Notes: generated by a model not told the origin, from the sequence alone. DNA of 58,340 bases, filler included, from Dirinaria sp. TL-2023a (GCA_051941275.1; 7 parts of 7 records of this genome joined end to end with filler, not necessarily neighbours in it), one strand, 5' to 3'. Positions 22,286 to 35,526 are shown, numbered from the whole stretch's first letter. Program-made: numbers and translations.

Positions 22286-24249
22286 ATGTGGTTTCCAAAG
22301 CTCTGCGCGCTTGGCCTGTTGGTCAGCGCTTCACGCTCGTTGTGTAGCAATGTCTATTTCGAGATTAGCCTTACCTGGGCGCAGGGAGCTCCGGATGGTC
22401 AATCCAGGAACATGATCTATACCAATGGGTCGTTTCCAGGGCCACCGCTGATCGTGGATTATGGCGACTTTGTGACTGTATGTAGCTTCGTGGTCCCGAG
22501 AATATGCCTGAACAGAGCTCTAATATGCTGCAGTTTGTCGTCCACAACCAGATGCCCTTCGACACCTCAGTGCACTTCCATGGCATAGAGTACGCTCTGC
22601 AATCAATCTGTCCCGACTGCGGAAAGCTGACTGCAATCTAGACAGCTTGGGACCCCTTGGTCTGATGGTGTACCGGGAGTTTCTCAAAAGCCTATTCCAT
22701 CCGGTGGCAGCTTCACGTATAAATGGTCCGCTCTTCAATCTGGTGCATACTGGTATGTCGCCTTCCACTGATTTGAAAATTCGATGCTGACGTTGCACCT
22801 AGGTACCATGGCCATGCAAAAGGCCAGGTCCAGGATGGTCTGTACGGCCCAATCTACATTCGTCCTCCACCGAACGCGCCTCAGCCATTCTCGCAGTTTG
22901 CGAATGGCAGTCAAGATCTTGCAGCAATGAAGAAGGCAGACGAAACGCCAAGACTGGTGATGCTATCAGACTGGGATCACCTGACTTCGGACGAATATTT
23001 GGCCGCGGAACAAGCGTCCAACCTGGACACTTTCTGCGTTGACAGCATGCTCGTCAATGGCAAAGGCTCGGTCAATTGCCAGCCGCAGTCATTACTAAAC
23101 AATCTGACGCTACCTCCGCTGCTGCAGCTTCTCAATGGCTCTTTCGTCAGTGATCGGGGATGCACTCCCCCGGTACAAAAAGCGTTGGACGAGGGGAATT
23201 TCACAAGCGACATCACCAAGCTGCCACCGGGCTTGATCGACGGCTGCAAACCTACGAACGGGAGTCAAGAGATCATTGAGGTGGATGCTAAAGACGGATA
23301 TGTCAGCATTCACTGGATCAGTGCCATGAGTATCAAGACCCCTGTCGTTTCGATCGACGAGCACCCGATGTGCGTCTTCGCTGTGGACGGCCAATACATC
23401 CAGCCTCAGCCCGCGGATACCATCTTCATGTACAACGGGGAGCGATTCGCAGCGATGGTGAAGCTCGACAAGCCGCCAGGCGACTACACCATCCGTGTAG
23501 CAAACTCGGGCGCGGATCAGCTCATCTCCGGCTACGCCACTCTGCGCGTAAAGGGTAATGACTCAACATCTACCTCGCCCACGCCAGCGTCGACCTCAAC
23601 CCCCTACATCAACTACGCCGGCGGCAACGTCTCCGCGTCCGTCATCCCGCTGGACGAAACGAAACTCGTCCCCTTCCCCGCGTCCAAGCCGGCTCCCACG
23701 GCCGACGCAACGCACTTCCTGAAATTCGGCCGCCTGAACGCGAACTGGGAATGGACCCTCAGCGGCAACGGCTCCTACCCAGAAACGGCCGACTACCAGC
23801 AGCCGCTACTATTCTACCCGAACAGCACCGACGCGCACAACAGCTCCCTAGTCTTCCGCACCAAGAACGGCACCTGGGTCGACGTCGTCATGCAGGTCGT
23901 GCTCAACGCCGCCGCGCCCGCCCAGCCCGCTCACCCCATCCACAAGCACAGCAACAAGGCCTACATCATCGGCGCGGGCAACGGCGTCTTCAACTACTCC
24001 AGCGTCGCCGACGCCATCCAATCCATCCCGGGCAGCTTCAACCTCGAAACCCCGAGCCTGCGGGACAGTTTCGCCACCCCGTCCGTGCTGCAGGGCCCGG
24101 CCTGGGTCGTGTTCCGGTACCAGTCCATCAACCCGGGCGCGTTCTACGTGCATTGCCATATCCAGACGCATTTGACGGGGGGGATGGCTATGACTATTCT
24201 TGATGGCGTCGATGTTTGGCCTGAGGTTCCGCCCGAGTATCAAATCTAG
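22286..24249 (+). CDS. Secreted laccase-type multicopper oxidase (CAZy AA1, Abr2-like); 3 introns
   Basis: Signal peptide plus all four copper motifs across exons: SVHFHG, YWYHGH, HPIHKHSN and HCHIQTHLTGGM (Met axial ligand). WSDGVPGVSQKPI is also present. Confidence 0.95.
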
Positions 24250-25046
24250 ATCTAGAGTAACGAACGAACGAACACACACACACACTCTCTCTCTCGTTTG
24301 GCTCACTTCTTTTCGTCAGGTGTCAGGTCAGGTCTCAGGTCTCAGGGCAGGAATGGGAGTTCCGAGTCGATGTACATAGCACATTATGTCTATCCCTATT
24401 GCTTTTGCCCTTTCGCCTTTTTGCGTGCTTGCGCAGTTTAGAGATGACCCAAACAAACCCCTTTATTACACTTTGAACAAATGAAACGAAACGAACGGGT
24501 GGTGTTGCATGGAAGGGGAGCGCGCTTTTTACTTAAGGTAGAATCAATTGATACATCTCCACTTGCAATCATGGCTCACACTGGGCAGCGGGGAAAACCC
24601 TTGTCAGCCCTTCACCCTTCCTTCCGATTCTTGACACCGAACTGAATACCACTGTAGTTATTTAGCCATATTTTTCCCTTTTTTTTTTTTTTTTTCGTTT
24701 TTGTTTGTCTCAATATAAATTCTTCCCGGAATTTTTTTTGTACCCTCTTTCTCCTTCTTTCATCGATCAACACACCAAGCAGAGTCATATTAACTCGCTA
24801 TGTCATGTAATGTATGTGACTTGAGTCGGCTAGGCCTGCGCATCAAAAAAAAAAAAATCAAAAAAAAAGGAAATCCTTAATGGTGGAGTACCCGTGTTTT
24901 GATATCGTTGGTTGCAAAATTCTGGTCCGTTTCGACAAAACGTCGATTTCATCGGAACACGAAAAAAATCGATTTTGTAAACTTCGCAGCGTTGTACACA
25001 GCGCAATCCGACTGCAAACAAATCAATGTTCATATTAAAGTTATAG

Positions 25047-25146
25047 NNNNNNNNNNNNNNNNNNNNNNNNNNNNNNNNNNNNNNNNNNNNTTAATTAATT
25101 AANNNNNNNNNNNNNNNNNNNNNNNNNNNNNNNNNNNNNNNNNNNN
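25047..25146. other. Artificial contig-joining linker
   Basis: N44-TTAATTAATTAA-N44. Confidence 0.99.
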
Positions 25147-26324
25147 GGGAGGGGAAAGAAGGGGGAAAAGCCGGATGGGTGTATATGTAAGTATTCATGG
25201 TAAGGTATCGTACCTTGCTTGCTTGTTCATCCATGATATAACCCTTCAGGGGGTTTCCTTTTAAGGTCCATATTTATCTTACCTACGATCATCTTTTCCC
25301 AACCATATATATAAATAGCCAAAAAAAATCCCTCCCAGAAAGTAAATAATAAAATAAAAAAGTCAATCTCATTTCTTTCCATTAACAAGGTGTCCAACCC
25401 CCCTTCCTCCAAAACAACACACAAACAGTCCGTCCCCTGAATCCTGGTCTTCCCTCGCATGTTCAGTCCACTCAGGACCTCCAGATTTTCGGCTCTGGGG
25501 TGTTATGATTTAGAAGCAGTCAGATATAATCCGATCCTGCCACTGCCACCAAACGAAAAAAATGGCATTGAGGGATATGTCCATGCGAGGTGCACGCAAG
25601 GCAAGGGGGAAGGTGGTTTTACTAATAAGAAGGTGTATATATGCAGAATAGAAATAGGGATAAGGGAATTGGGATGGGGATGGTGTTGGGCACAGGAAGG
25701 GGGATAAGGTACTCGTACCATCGGAAATACCTTGTGGTCTAGGTAATGCTTTAGGATTAGGATGCTAGTCTGTTGTGGGGTACTTACTTTTGGAGGTATG
25801 AAGGAGGGGCAATGGTTGGGGTTATATTTGGATGTTGTTGTTTTTTTTTTGCTTCTTCTTCTTCTTCTTCTTGGCTTGCTTTTCTTCTTGGTCAGTAAAT
25901 TAGGCATGGGGGATAACTTCGTCAAGCTGGACTGGCTCGATAAACTAAGCACCATTCCGGCTTTTTGTAGGAGGGGCCACAGAGAGTACGGGACCTGGTC
26001 AATAGCGAATAGTCACGCAATAAAAACCTCGCACCTAGGTATTTTTCAATGTAGATTGTTGCTTTGCAGCCTTCCTACCTATCGACCGATATAGAACCTC
26101 CTCGGCCGCCACGGGATATGATACCAACTAATTGCGCCCCCAATCATCGTTCTGCGCCGTGCTGCGCCCGTTTGCATACATGAGGAAAAAAAAAAGGGGG
26201 GGGAAACAGATTTTCCCGTAGAGCTTGGGGGACCGATCTGTCTGTGCCATTATTCGGGGATAGGATAGGATAGGCAGTTGTTGGAAGAGTGGGCGGGAAA
26301 GGGGTTTGGGTTTTGCGAAGTGCC

Positions 26325-26813
26325 TTAGTAGGAGCTGCCGCCGATCTGCTCCTGGTGCACTTCGAGAGTGTCGCCGTCTTGCATTTCCAACTGGTGAGGG
26401 GGATGCGTGTTAGCCTTTCTTTTTTTTTTGGTTCTTGTTTTTAAGGGGTTTTGGGGAGCATGCAAATAGGGAGCCAGGGGCTGAAAAGGTTTGATGATGG
26501 GGTGGAGTCATATAAGTACTGGAAAATGTGGATGGAGATGATAAAGGATGGAGATGATAAAGAATAGAGAACTCACGGATTCAGGGCTATCAGTTGGGTT
26601 GACACGCGCACCATCGAACAGGAAGCGGACGGTTGCCATCTGCTTGCCTTGACGGTCGCAGAAGGCGTTCATCAGCTTGGAGAGAGCGGTGGTCCGTTTG
26701 ATCTTGAAGAAGACCTCATTGTTGTTGTCGGTCACTTTGATGTTGAGGTGTTCCGCCTTGGGTTGCTCCTCTGCGTTGCCCCCCGCGCTGGGTGAATGTT
26801 CACGGTCAGACAT
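26325..26813 (-). CDS. SMT3: SUMO (ubiquitin-like protein Smt3); exons 26813-26577 and 26390-26325
   Basis: EHLNIKVTDNNNEVFFKIKRTTALSKLMNAFCDRQGK...VRFLFDG, spliced to LEMQDGDTLEVHQEQIGG-SSY* (di-glycine plus a short propeptide). Confidence 0.97.
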
Positions 26814-28243
26814 CTTGAACGATACGTGTCAGGTTGTTCGTTAGGATGGTAAATGGAGCGGATTGTGGGAAGGGTGACGATGATTACGCGGCTGATAGCG
26901 GATTTCCTTTTTTTTTTTTTGGGAACGCAAGCCTTGCTTTGCTTTTTTTTGACTCTACAGTCAGTGTTACACACTGACTACTGCAAGCAAACTTTTTGGG
27001 CAGAAACGTACCTGATCCTGGGAATCTGTTTGCTTGCAGATGTGAGCTGTTTTGGACGTTTTGGAGTTGGGAGAGGGGTTGCTGGTGATGCCAACAGTGA
27101 AAAATTAACAAGAAGGTTGAAGTTACGAAGTCAGACTGGTAGACACGGTGTGAAGGTGAAGTCAAAGAGGCGCTGGCCAATCAGAGCATTCTTCTAGAAT
27201 TTAGCGACACCCGGTTAAACTCCGGAAAGTCCGATAGCACTGTAGAGATGCTAAAGTATGCACTCAGATGAGATAGGCATGCACCTTCAGAGAAATACGA
27301 GGTACTAGATCGAGGCGAGAGCCAGAATTTCGAGATTCAAGACTACGGCGAAGTAGCAATAATGGTAGCTCTATGCGGTGTTCGCTTTATGATCTACTTT
27401 GAAGCTTACTGCTATTGGGCTTTAGGGTCTCGAAGAACAATTGCAGAGTGATCCGCCATGTCATCCTGGCGCGGTGAGTCATAGTTGAATTATCAAGCAC
27501 TCCGTGGATACTGAGAAGCTCCTCCAGTGTGCCATCCAAGGTGTGCGACAGTGCAACTTCTCCCAAGTTTCTGTTGACGTTAAAGGTTCCGTGCTGACAG
27601 CTGGCTAGATTGCTTGCAAAAAAATTCGTATCAAGAGGAGAAATGCAGAGCCCAAATCGACGCTCTTTATGAGTGCTGCAATGCCTTCTATGAGCGGCAA
27701 GGTGACGAGGCGAAGACGGTCAGCTGCCCAAAGGCGAATCTTTTGAGGTTAAAGATGAAGCAGCGAAGTCAAGGCATCTGAATCAAGGAATACTCAGACA
27801 TGATTGATAGATACCAAAAGCGCGTGTGAACAGCTGCAAACATAGGCTAGATTTATCTCGTATCATGTAACAGCCTCTGCTTGTGTCAAGGCCTTCGTCC
27901 CCCACGGAATGAGGTCTAGCCCGATATCAGTGACTGTAGACGATCTAAGGCGATCGTGAGCACGCATGGAGATCCTCATGGGATCTGAACAAACACTGAA
28001 TCGATACTCCGAATCGGAGGTCTGTTCCGAGACTCTAATGATCACCTGTGTAACATTGTTGAAGAAAAAATGGAAGCGTGCAACACTGGATGTTTTATCA
28101 CTAGAATTCCGTTTAGCGGAAATCCGGTCCGCGACGCGACGCGCTTTCGTTTCAAAGCCTATTTCTCTACATGACCCGAACATAACACAGGAGTAAGGGC
28201 TGTCTATTCATCGGCATTTTCTCAAATTTCAATGTTCAGAGCG

Positions 28244-31200
28244 ATGGTATTACTGCACTAGTCTCTCGAGAATTCATCATGCCTTCAAGAGTCAGTGACT
28301 GAAGCTGTCCAAATACTCAGAATCTGACATTGGTCAACAGCAGGCCGTTAGTGAGGAGAGTTGGAGCAGCATGCACGTCTGTTCCTCTGATACCTGTTTC
28401 AAGCGTATGGTAAATTGATCATCATTATAGCATTCCGATGCGTCTAGAGATGACCTAGACGGTGACCTGGACAGTGACATGGACGGCGATCAGGATTATG
28501 ACAAGATGGATGTCGACGATGTATCTGAAACTGGCAGCGACGGTATTTTTCTATCAAGTGACATCCGTCTTGAATTACTGAGATACATACAGATATAGAA
28601 TCAACATTATCACGGCCACAAACAGTCAGCGAAGTTCGTCGATCACTGCGTCCTCTTCAAGCTACTGCAGACAGAGTTGGAAAACAGGTCGAGCATTTTG
28701 CGGAACACCTTGATCGTTACATGAGCCAGAAGCCCAAGACAATACAAAAAGATTGTCGCCATGTCCTTCCGCTAGTTAATGAATACAGGCGGATTGCTAG
28801 TGATACTCTCAAATATTTGAAAGGCATCCATTCCGCCGAACAGGACAAGCGTGCGAGTGGTACATGGAAACTTAGGCTGAGGAGCTCAAACAGAAGCTTG
28901 GGCTCGAACAGAAGCTTCAGCTCTCAATCTTCACAAGCCGACGCAGAAGAAAATGGCGGAATCAGGACAAGTGTCAAGGACCTCAAGGACTGGGAGCAAG
29001 AAGAGCAGACTTGGGAACTGCTCGCTCATCTGTTGCAAGTCCAGTATGCCGTCCCACAGTCAGAAATTGAGAACCTCGGCATTCCAGAGAAGTATCATCG
29101 GCCTCCCAGACGCACCGTAGACCCCCGATTTTCCTCAGAGAAAGATGCCTGGGATCAATTCCTTGCTGAAGACGACCTGGCATGGGAGCGACATACTGTG
29201 GTGGAATGGTTAAAGAGATGTGCAGATGCTTCCAATCAAGACATTGACGAGGTCGTCCGAGACTTGGAACTCGGTGCTGATCGTGGAACGAGTCTTTGGG
29301 CTCACGGCTGGCTGTACACTAAAGAATCGGTCAAAGGGCAAAAGCGCTTGCGATCATGGCCTCAGGCGCTTGACCCAGATGACCCGGGTATAGAGTCCTC
29401 ACTTAGGAGTGCGGACAAGACCAAGAGCCTAGTAACCCAGCTGGATCCGGATGCAATCACCCGCCAAGGCCGCGATCTTGAAAGCCAGGATCTCTACTTT
29501 GAGCGAGCAATGTGGCTCGCTTGTTGGGAGATGGTACGTCGTGGGAAAGAGTGGAGCTATATTCGTGAGTGGTGTCAAGAAAAAGCGGAAGGTTGGAGGG
29601 CCACGCTCATGCGGGGCGACCCCCGCGCTCTGTCCGCGGACAAAACTCCCCCTATGAGTGGTTGGCAATCACGAGCGCTCTGGCGGAAAGTCTGTTGCTC
29701 CGCTGCAAAAGACGGTGGTGTAGATCAATACGAAAACGCTGTATACGGCGTACTTGGTGGCTCTCTGCATAGCGTTCTCAAGGTCTGCGGCAACTGGAAT
29801 GATTATCTATTCGCGCACTACAACACGTATCTCCTTCGCCAATTCGATGACTACGAAAGCAATGGTCTTTCAGTCTCTACGTCGCCATCGATCATGCCAA
29901 TCACACAGTCCGCCTTTTCCAGAGATGAAGATGGGAGCCAGATAGTGGAAAGGATGAAGAGTCTTGAATCAACCAAAAAGCAAGCAGCTACACTTACAAA
30001 AATGCTACAGGGAAGCTTGATAGCCAAATCGTTTCGGGAGTTTGCCATCCATCAAGGTGTCAGACTAGCTCAGTCAGCCAATTCTGAGGAGGAGTCCAAG
30101 GTCATACCAGAGCCGAGTGAAAGGCATCTTCGACAGCTTGAAGAGAAGGTGACTGCACGGATCACCGTGGAAGATTACGATATGTTGCGCACTGTCACAC
30201 ACATGTTGTTCGTTTTTCAGGACCTTGGCATGAACTTCGATTATGAAGATGATCTCTCCGCTGCCGAGAATATCGTCGTCGCATACATTGAGTATCTAAG
30301 TAAAGCCGGCAAACAGCAGTTGTTACCTTTGTACGCCTCGCGTCTGTCCCCGAGCAGGGCTACCAACTGCCTTGCGCGACAATTACCCTTGATTCAAGAT
30401 CACTCGGAACGGCGAACTGTGATGTCTTTGATGGAGAAGAGCGGCCTGGACGCTCCAGGTATTCTTATGACTCAGCTCAAGCTCATTATCCTTGATGCTC
30501 CACCGCGTCCTAAAAGCAGCGTCCTCTGCTCGCCGCTCAGCATCGTGGAGTCACCCGCAAGTAATACTGGAAAAATGAGAGCAGTTAAGAAATCTTTCAT
30601 TGGAGATTCCATCTCGGACGACGAGAACGATCTCATCAATGGTTTTGAGTGGTATTTGCTTATTCAGGACCAGTGGCAACAGATTATGAGCATGGGCGCT
30701 ATCCTCTACAAACATTTCTTGCGTAGGTGCTCCGCTGCAACACCAGATGTTCGAAAGTTGTTGACAATCGATAGGTCACGGTAGTTTCGCAGCGGGCCGA
30801 GAGCTGTCGAAAAGGATGTCTTTCTCGAAGATTTCACTTAATCAAACTAGGCACATTCTTGGCCACATAGTCGATCTTAGTAAAATGGCCGAAGAAAGCG
30901 AAGAAAGCAACGACGATGAGGAGTACGAGTCGATTGAAGGAGGTGACCGTAAAATAGAAAAGCGGCTTCTTACGCAGGCACGTACTTTCCGAGACTTTGA
31001 GAACCTCTTCATTGCACTCGATGCCATGGAAAGATGGAAGGACGCAGTGGAGAAGATGGATGGGTTGGTCACCCTTGGTCATCATTTTTTGCTGATGCTA
31101 AAAAAGAATACTTTGTTTTAGTCACACCAGGTCGGATGGCGGAGACGAATCACTCAACAGTTTCCGGGACACGTTTAAATTCGTCTACGGTGAAGTTGAG

Positions 31201-31641
31201 GCAGCCATAGCGCCTTTGCTTCGGAGCTGGCTGGAGCACCCTTACGACGGTAAATACATTACAAATCCTCGTGCCATGCTCTAGCAGGCCACTAACGGTT
31301 CAGCAGACGACGAAGCCACACAATTCCGAGCCATCCGGAGGGTTTGCCTACCGGAGGTAGTGCTCGCGTTCATCAATGTGCTCAGGGACAGCGCGCGGTT
31401 CTTCACTCGCGACTTGCTGTTGAACAGCATGGACCTCGCTACGTTGGTGGCCGAAGAAGGATCGGACGTCGGCGAATGCTTTATGGAGGCTGGCAAGATG
31501 GCGGAACTGGTAAGGGCCTTCGCCTTTACGAGCCAAGCAATCATGCGAGCGGACGAGGTGGGGCGTGGGTCGAAGAGGAGTCGACGGAAGCTGGACGGCA
31601 AGAGTTTGGAGATATGGTCTATCAGGGCTCGGGCGGAGTGA
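28244..31641 (+). CDS. NUP84: Nucleoporin Nup84/Nup107; multi-exon, 5' exons approximate
   Basis: LRPLQATADRVGKQVEHFAEHLD, WEQEEQTWELL, GWLYTKESVKGQKRLR, LVTQLDPDAITRQ, WNDYLFAHYN, LLPLYASRL, RRVCLPEVVLAF and C-terminal LEIWSI. Confidence 0.92.
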
Positions 31642-33383
31642 GAGCTGGAGTTCGCGGTCTGGTGTGTGGTTTGTGATTTGGTTTCTTCGGATGTCTCATC
31701 CCGCCTCAAGAAGCTTTCCAATCAGAGGTGAACGATGCCAGTCAGGTGGTGCGGTCGGGCAGCGGCGACATCCAGCTGTCATCCGGACCACGCCTACATT
31801 AAGCAGCTCACGACGACAGGCTGACTCAGGTAATTAGCGCCACTTTCCCTTACTGTATGCTCGTCCGTATCGTGTAAAGATACCCAAAATGCATTGACCA
31901 TGCCGGACCTACCTACCTTGAAAATTTTCCGAAGTGCTAGAGGGAGGGCATGGAGGGGAAGCTTCCAGCAAGACCGGTCAATTTAAAGCCTCACCTCCAT
32001 CGAGCGTAAAGTAAGCGAACCAGTATCATGACTCGCTCTTTCGGACGAACGTCGACCCGCCCACCATCAAACGGTCCAACTGTAAGTAGAACCGTGCAAG
32101 GCAAGCTCTCAAGTGGTGGATGAACCTACTACAGTAGAAATTACGCTGAGATCTTCATCAAATGAGAGAATTCTTGGCATCTGGTAGATAAGGTAGATTC
32201 TACAACTGCTACTGCTGCCATTATTATGCGAAGAGCAATGACATGGTGAGATTGTGTTTTCTTAAGCGAACCACGAATACTCCGTACCTTCGCTACCTTA
32301 TGTATGTACAATGTACATGCTAGGGTGAAACATTGGCGGCAGCATTGCAGAAGCAGGGGCTTTATCAGGCCTCTTTCCGGCGGGGGTCTGACACGAGGTC
32401 GGGGGTCAATGAAGCCGTCAGTGCTCATTGGCCACCTTTGCTCAATTTCGCGCCAGTGTGAGAGATTGATCTCGTTAAACGGAGAGACGAATGTGATAGG
32501 AGGAGAAAAGGAATGTTTATCTGCACGAAGATGTGTCCAGTGATACAAACATGCGGGAATGTGCAGAGAATCCGTAGAGATTGCGCATTAGGGGCTTCTT
32601 GGAGGATGCGGTGCCAAGGCTGGATTTTCCAGTGGGCCAAGGCGGAAGGAGTGAGTTTGAGTCTTTGAGAGGCTTGAGAGGCTTGAGAGGGAGAAGCCGA
32701 GGGAGAAGCCGAGGGAGCTTGATTCAGAGCCTCTTTTTGTGTTTGCTCAGCTGAAAAGGTAAGTAATAACAAGGCAAAAAACCAACACTTTCACTACACT
32801 TCAGCTCTTCTTTCTCCTCCTCCATTCAGACACATGCACTTGGTGGCGAGTTTCCATCCGGGCCTTTTCTCGGCATCGGCCTTCAACTGAAGACGAACGA
32901 GTCCATATCGCCTCATTATTGTTTATTCTTACTTTATTCTTGTCAGAGTCTCAGCAGTCTCTGGTCCAATACTCTGTAGGCGCCTTACCGTCTTCGGGCA
33001 TGGCTGGCGGGGCTGTGCAAGCGCCAAGAACGAGCTTCAGAGGAGGGACCAGCAAATAATGCACAGAACACGCATCCGCCGCGCAGGGAAGATCAGTCAG
33101 TCACAGAGAGCGCAGAGAGCACGCACCTTACTTTATAGAAACAAGGAAAATCAAGCCGAAATCTTACCAGACCATCGCTTCCCCTCGTAACGGGTGTACG
33201 TGTGTGTCTGTGTCTCTCTCTGTGTGTAGGTGTGGATACACGCACCATGCTCTAGATTCCTTTTTACACACATTTCCTTATTCCCTCGAACCTCCCTCTA
33301 TTATCTAAAACCCCCTCCTGCCCAATTCTCTATCATTCTCCGAAGAGCCTCCTTTCTTTCTCTTCCTCCTTTCCTTCTTTCCC

Positions 33384-33483
33384 NNNNNNNNNNNNNNNNN
33401 NNNNNNNNNNNNNNNNNNNNNNNNNNNTTAATTAATTAANNNNNNNNNNNNNNNNNNNNNNNNNNNNNNNNNNNNNNNNNNNN
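33384..33483. other. Artificial contig-joining linker
   Basis: N44-TTAATTAATTAA-N44. Confidence 0.99.
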
Positions 33484-33501
33484 CGATTCAGGGGTCGTTC
33501 T

Positions 33502-35526
33502 TCAAACAATGAGGGGCGCTTGAGGTTCTCTTGCTTGGATAGGTACCCATCTAATCAGGCGTCCGGGTCGCGCGCCCTCCTCCTCCTCCTCCTCCGTAGT
33601 AATAATGTCAGTACGCTGAAGCCGTACCGGGATCGAATTCTCCCACATCCAGCTTAGCGGCGTGTCCCGCCAAATGCGATCGGCTTCCCATTCCCGGTCC
33701 ATGGCTAGAGCGTCGTCCAGGAGGTCCGCGAGGCTTCGGACCGCCTTGTAGCGGTGCGCGGCGGCGAGGTCCTGGTCGAACAAGGCGCTCCAGGCATCCC
33801 TGGTCGACTCCACTTGCGGTGCCGTGATCGATTTCTGGATTTGCTCCCGCAGCGTGCAGTTCGGTTCCGGGAGACCGAAGTTCACCCCTAGCACCACCTT
33901 CCCGACGTATTGCTTCCATGCCTGGGTCCGTTTGGGTGGTGTTTGTTTGGCCGGGGCTGGTTCGTCGAGAATACTCCTGCCCACGATCAAGCGCAGTTTG
34001 AAGGATGTGTAGCCTTCCAAGCACGCGTATCTCCAGACCACTTTCGCGCAGTTGTAATGCCTGCATCTCCAGAATAAGGTGAAGAGAGCTTCGTATGCGG
34101 TCTCGTCGGGCGGGATCATTTCATGTGGGAGTTTGCGAAGGACGCGTAGTGCGAGTCTGTAATTCTTATCTGGGAGGCAGCGGTGGAGTAGGATACAGAG
34201 GGTTATTTTGTCGGGCACCATCCCTCGCTCGAGCATCTGGTCGAGCATGTCCAGTGCGTCCTCGCCAACACCACGTTTTCCGGCCTCGTCGATGATGGTG
34301 TTCCCGGTTGGCGTGGTAAGCCAATCGAATTCGTCGAGGTTGTCCAGGTACGCGAGCAGCCACTCAGTCGAATGTCCTTGATCGAATGTTACATGGAGGA
34401 TCTCGGGGACGTTCAACGAGAAGAACTTGCTCATTGACCAGGATTTGCTTAGAAGGCCTCGCTCCAGCATGCTCAGCATAATTTCACATCGAGCATCCTT
34501 GTTGCTCACCAAGAAAAAGGCTTGCCAAGTGCCGACGTCGGGCTTCAAATTCCTTCTGCGCATTGAATAGAGCAAGCCCGGGAACTGGCTAAATCTCTTT
34601 TCTTTGGCGGCGACGAGCAGCATGATGTTAAAGGTCTCTGTTGAAGTGACGAATCGCAACGTGTCCATTCGAGAAAAAAGCATCCTAATTCTATGCATCA
34701 TCGAATGTTTGCTGAAGAATTTCAGAGCTTCATTGCAGGCTGCAACGCTCCAGTAAGGGACGAGAGAGTTGTCTTGAAGTAATTCGTCAAGCAGATCGCC
34801 CACCGCTGATACATGGGACTCTCCTTCTTTGTATAAATGGCGACGGCGAAGGGGGGAGTGATAAGATGTGGCAAGAGATTGGACGTAGTAACGGAAACTG
34901 TCAACAGTCCATACTTCGGGTTGACGTATTTGGTCTGCTCTGGTTTGGGTGACTGGCCATCTGTTGGTAGTCGGAATATAGCGAACCACGTGTTGGTCCG
35001 GATCGATGGTCTCAAGCTGCAACAGCCTCAAGCATGAGCGCCAATCGATGTTTGGAGACTTGACATCTGCGAGTTCGGCGCGTCTCTTCGCCTTGTTTTC
35101 CTTGTGAACCTGTGACCATGCTACAGCTGCTCGTATTCGGGCCCGCCTTTTCTCCGGTCTGCCGGTGGGGACTTCTCGAGTGAATACGTTGACATGCTCA
35201 ATTGCTAATAGCTCGTCCCGCCTGGGATCATGAGCTACCTCAAGCACGTCTGTTACATCGTCCCACGGGGCGCCAACAATTTCATTGTGGTCGACAGGCT
35301 CATTGTGTGAGAGCTTCTGGTGGTCAACAAGCTCATTGCGTGAGAGTTGATCTAGATGGAGCTTTTGCGTATTCGTGGTATGGTGATTGTAGCGCACAAC
35401 CGAACTCCAATGGTGCTTGGGACGAAGATGATGAACGTTTGACCGTGGAAAACCCTTGTGGCGCACAAGCACACTCCACAAAGCAGGGACGATGCTCTTC
35501 GTACTTGAGCATCTCCCTTGGGACAT
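33502..35526 (-). CDS. Pentatricopeptide-repeat (PPR) protein, probably mitochondrial
   Basis: 674-aa ORF with a basic presequence-like N-terminus and PPR-like 35-aa motifs (TFNIMLLVAAKEKRFSQFPGLLYSMRRRNLKPDVG; TGNTIIDEAGKRGVGEDALDMLDQMLERGMVPDKI). Confidence 0.85.
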   Translation of the reverse strand: MSQGRCSSTKSIVPALWSVLVRHKGFPRSNVHHLRPKHHWSSVVRYNHHTTNTQKLHLDQLSRNELVDHQKLSHNEPVDHNEIVGAPWDDVTDVLEVAHDPRRDELLAIEHVNVFTREVPTGRPEKRRARIRAAVAWSQVHKENKAKRRAELADVKSPNIDWRSCLRLLQLETIDPDQHVVRYIPTTNRWPVTQTRADQIRQPEVWTVDSFRYYVQSLATSYHSPLRRRHLYKEGESHVSAVGDLLDELLQDNSLVPYWSVAACNEALKFFSKHSMMHRIRMLFSRMDTLRFVTSTETFNIMLLVAAKEKRFSQFPGLLYSMRRRNLKPDVGTWQAFFLVSNKDARCEIMLSMLERGLLSKSWSMSKFFSLNVPEILHVTFDQGHSTEWLLAYLDNLDEFDWLTTPTGNTIIDEAGKRGVGEDALDMLDQMLERGMVPDKITLCILLHRCLPDKNYRLALRVLRKLPHEMIPPDETAYEALFTLFWRCRHYNCAKVVWRYACLEGYTSFKLRLIVGRSILDEPAPAKQTPPKRTQAWKQYVGKVVLGVNFGLPEPNCTLREQIQKSITAPQVESTRDAWSALFDQDLAAAHRYKAVRSLADLLDDALAMDREWEADRIWRDTPLSWMWENSIPVRLQRTDIITTEEEEEEGARPGRLIRWVPIQAREPQAPLIV

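Noticed and set aside
23570..24150. GC-rich 3' half of the laccase as a sign of horizontal transfer
   Set aside because: The gene has normal fungal introns and motifs, and similar local GC rises occur in other genes here (PPR and CEX1 3' ends).
14637..24249. UstYa, LPMO-like and laccase genes as one biosynthetic cluster
   Set aside because: An artificial linker (16680-16779) separates UstYa from the other two, so there is no evidence of physical linkage.
25503..26094. Lys/Arg-rich and Leu/Phe-rich ORFs
   Set aside because: They are produced by (CTT)n and poly-T microsatellites downstream of SMT3.
35280..35350. 33-bp duplication in the PPR gene (LSRNELVDHQK / LSHNEPVDHNE)
   Set aside because: It is real, but a minor in-frame duplication in a variable N-terminal region with no sign of functional significance.
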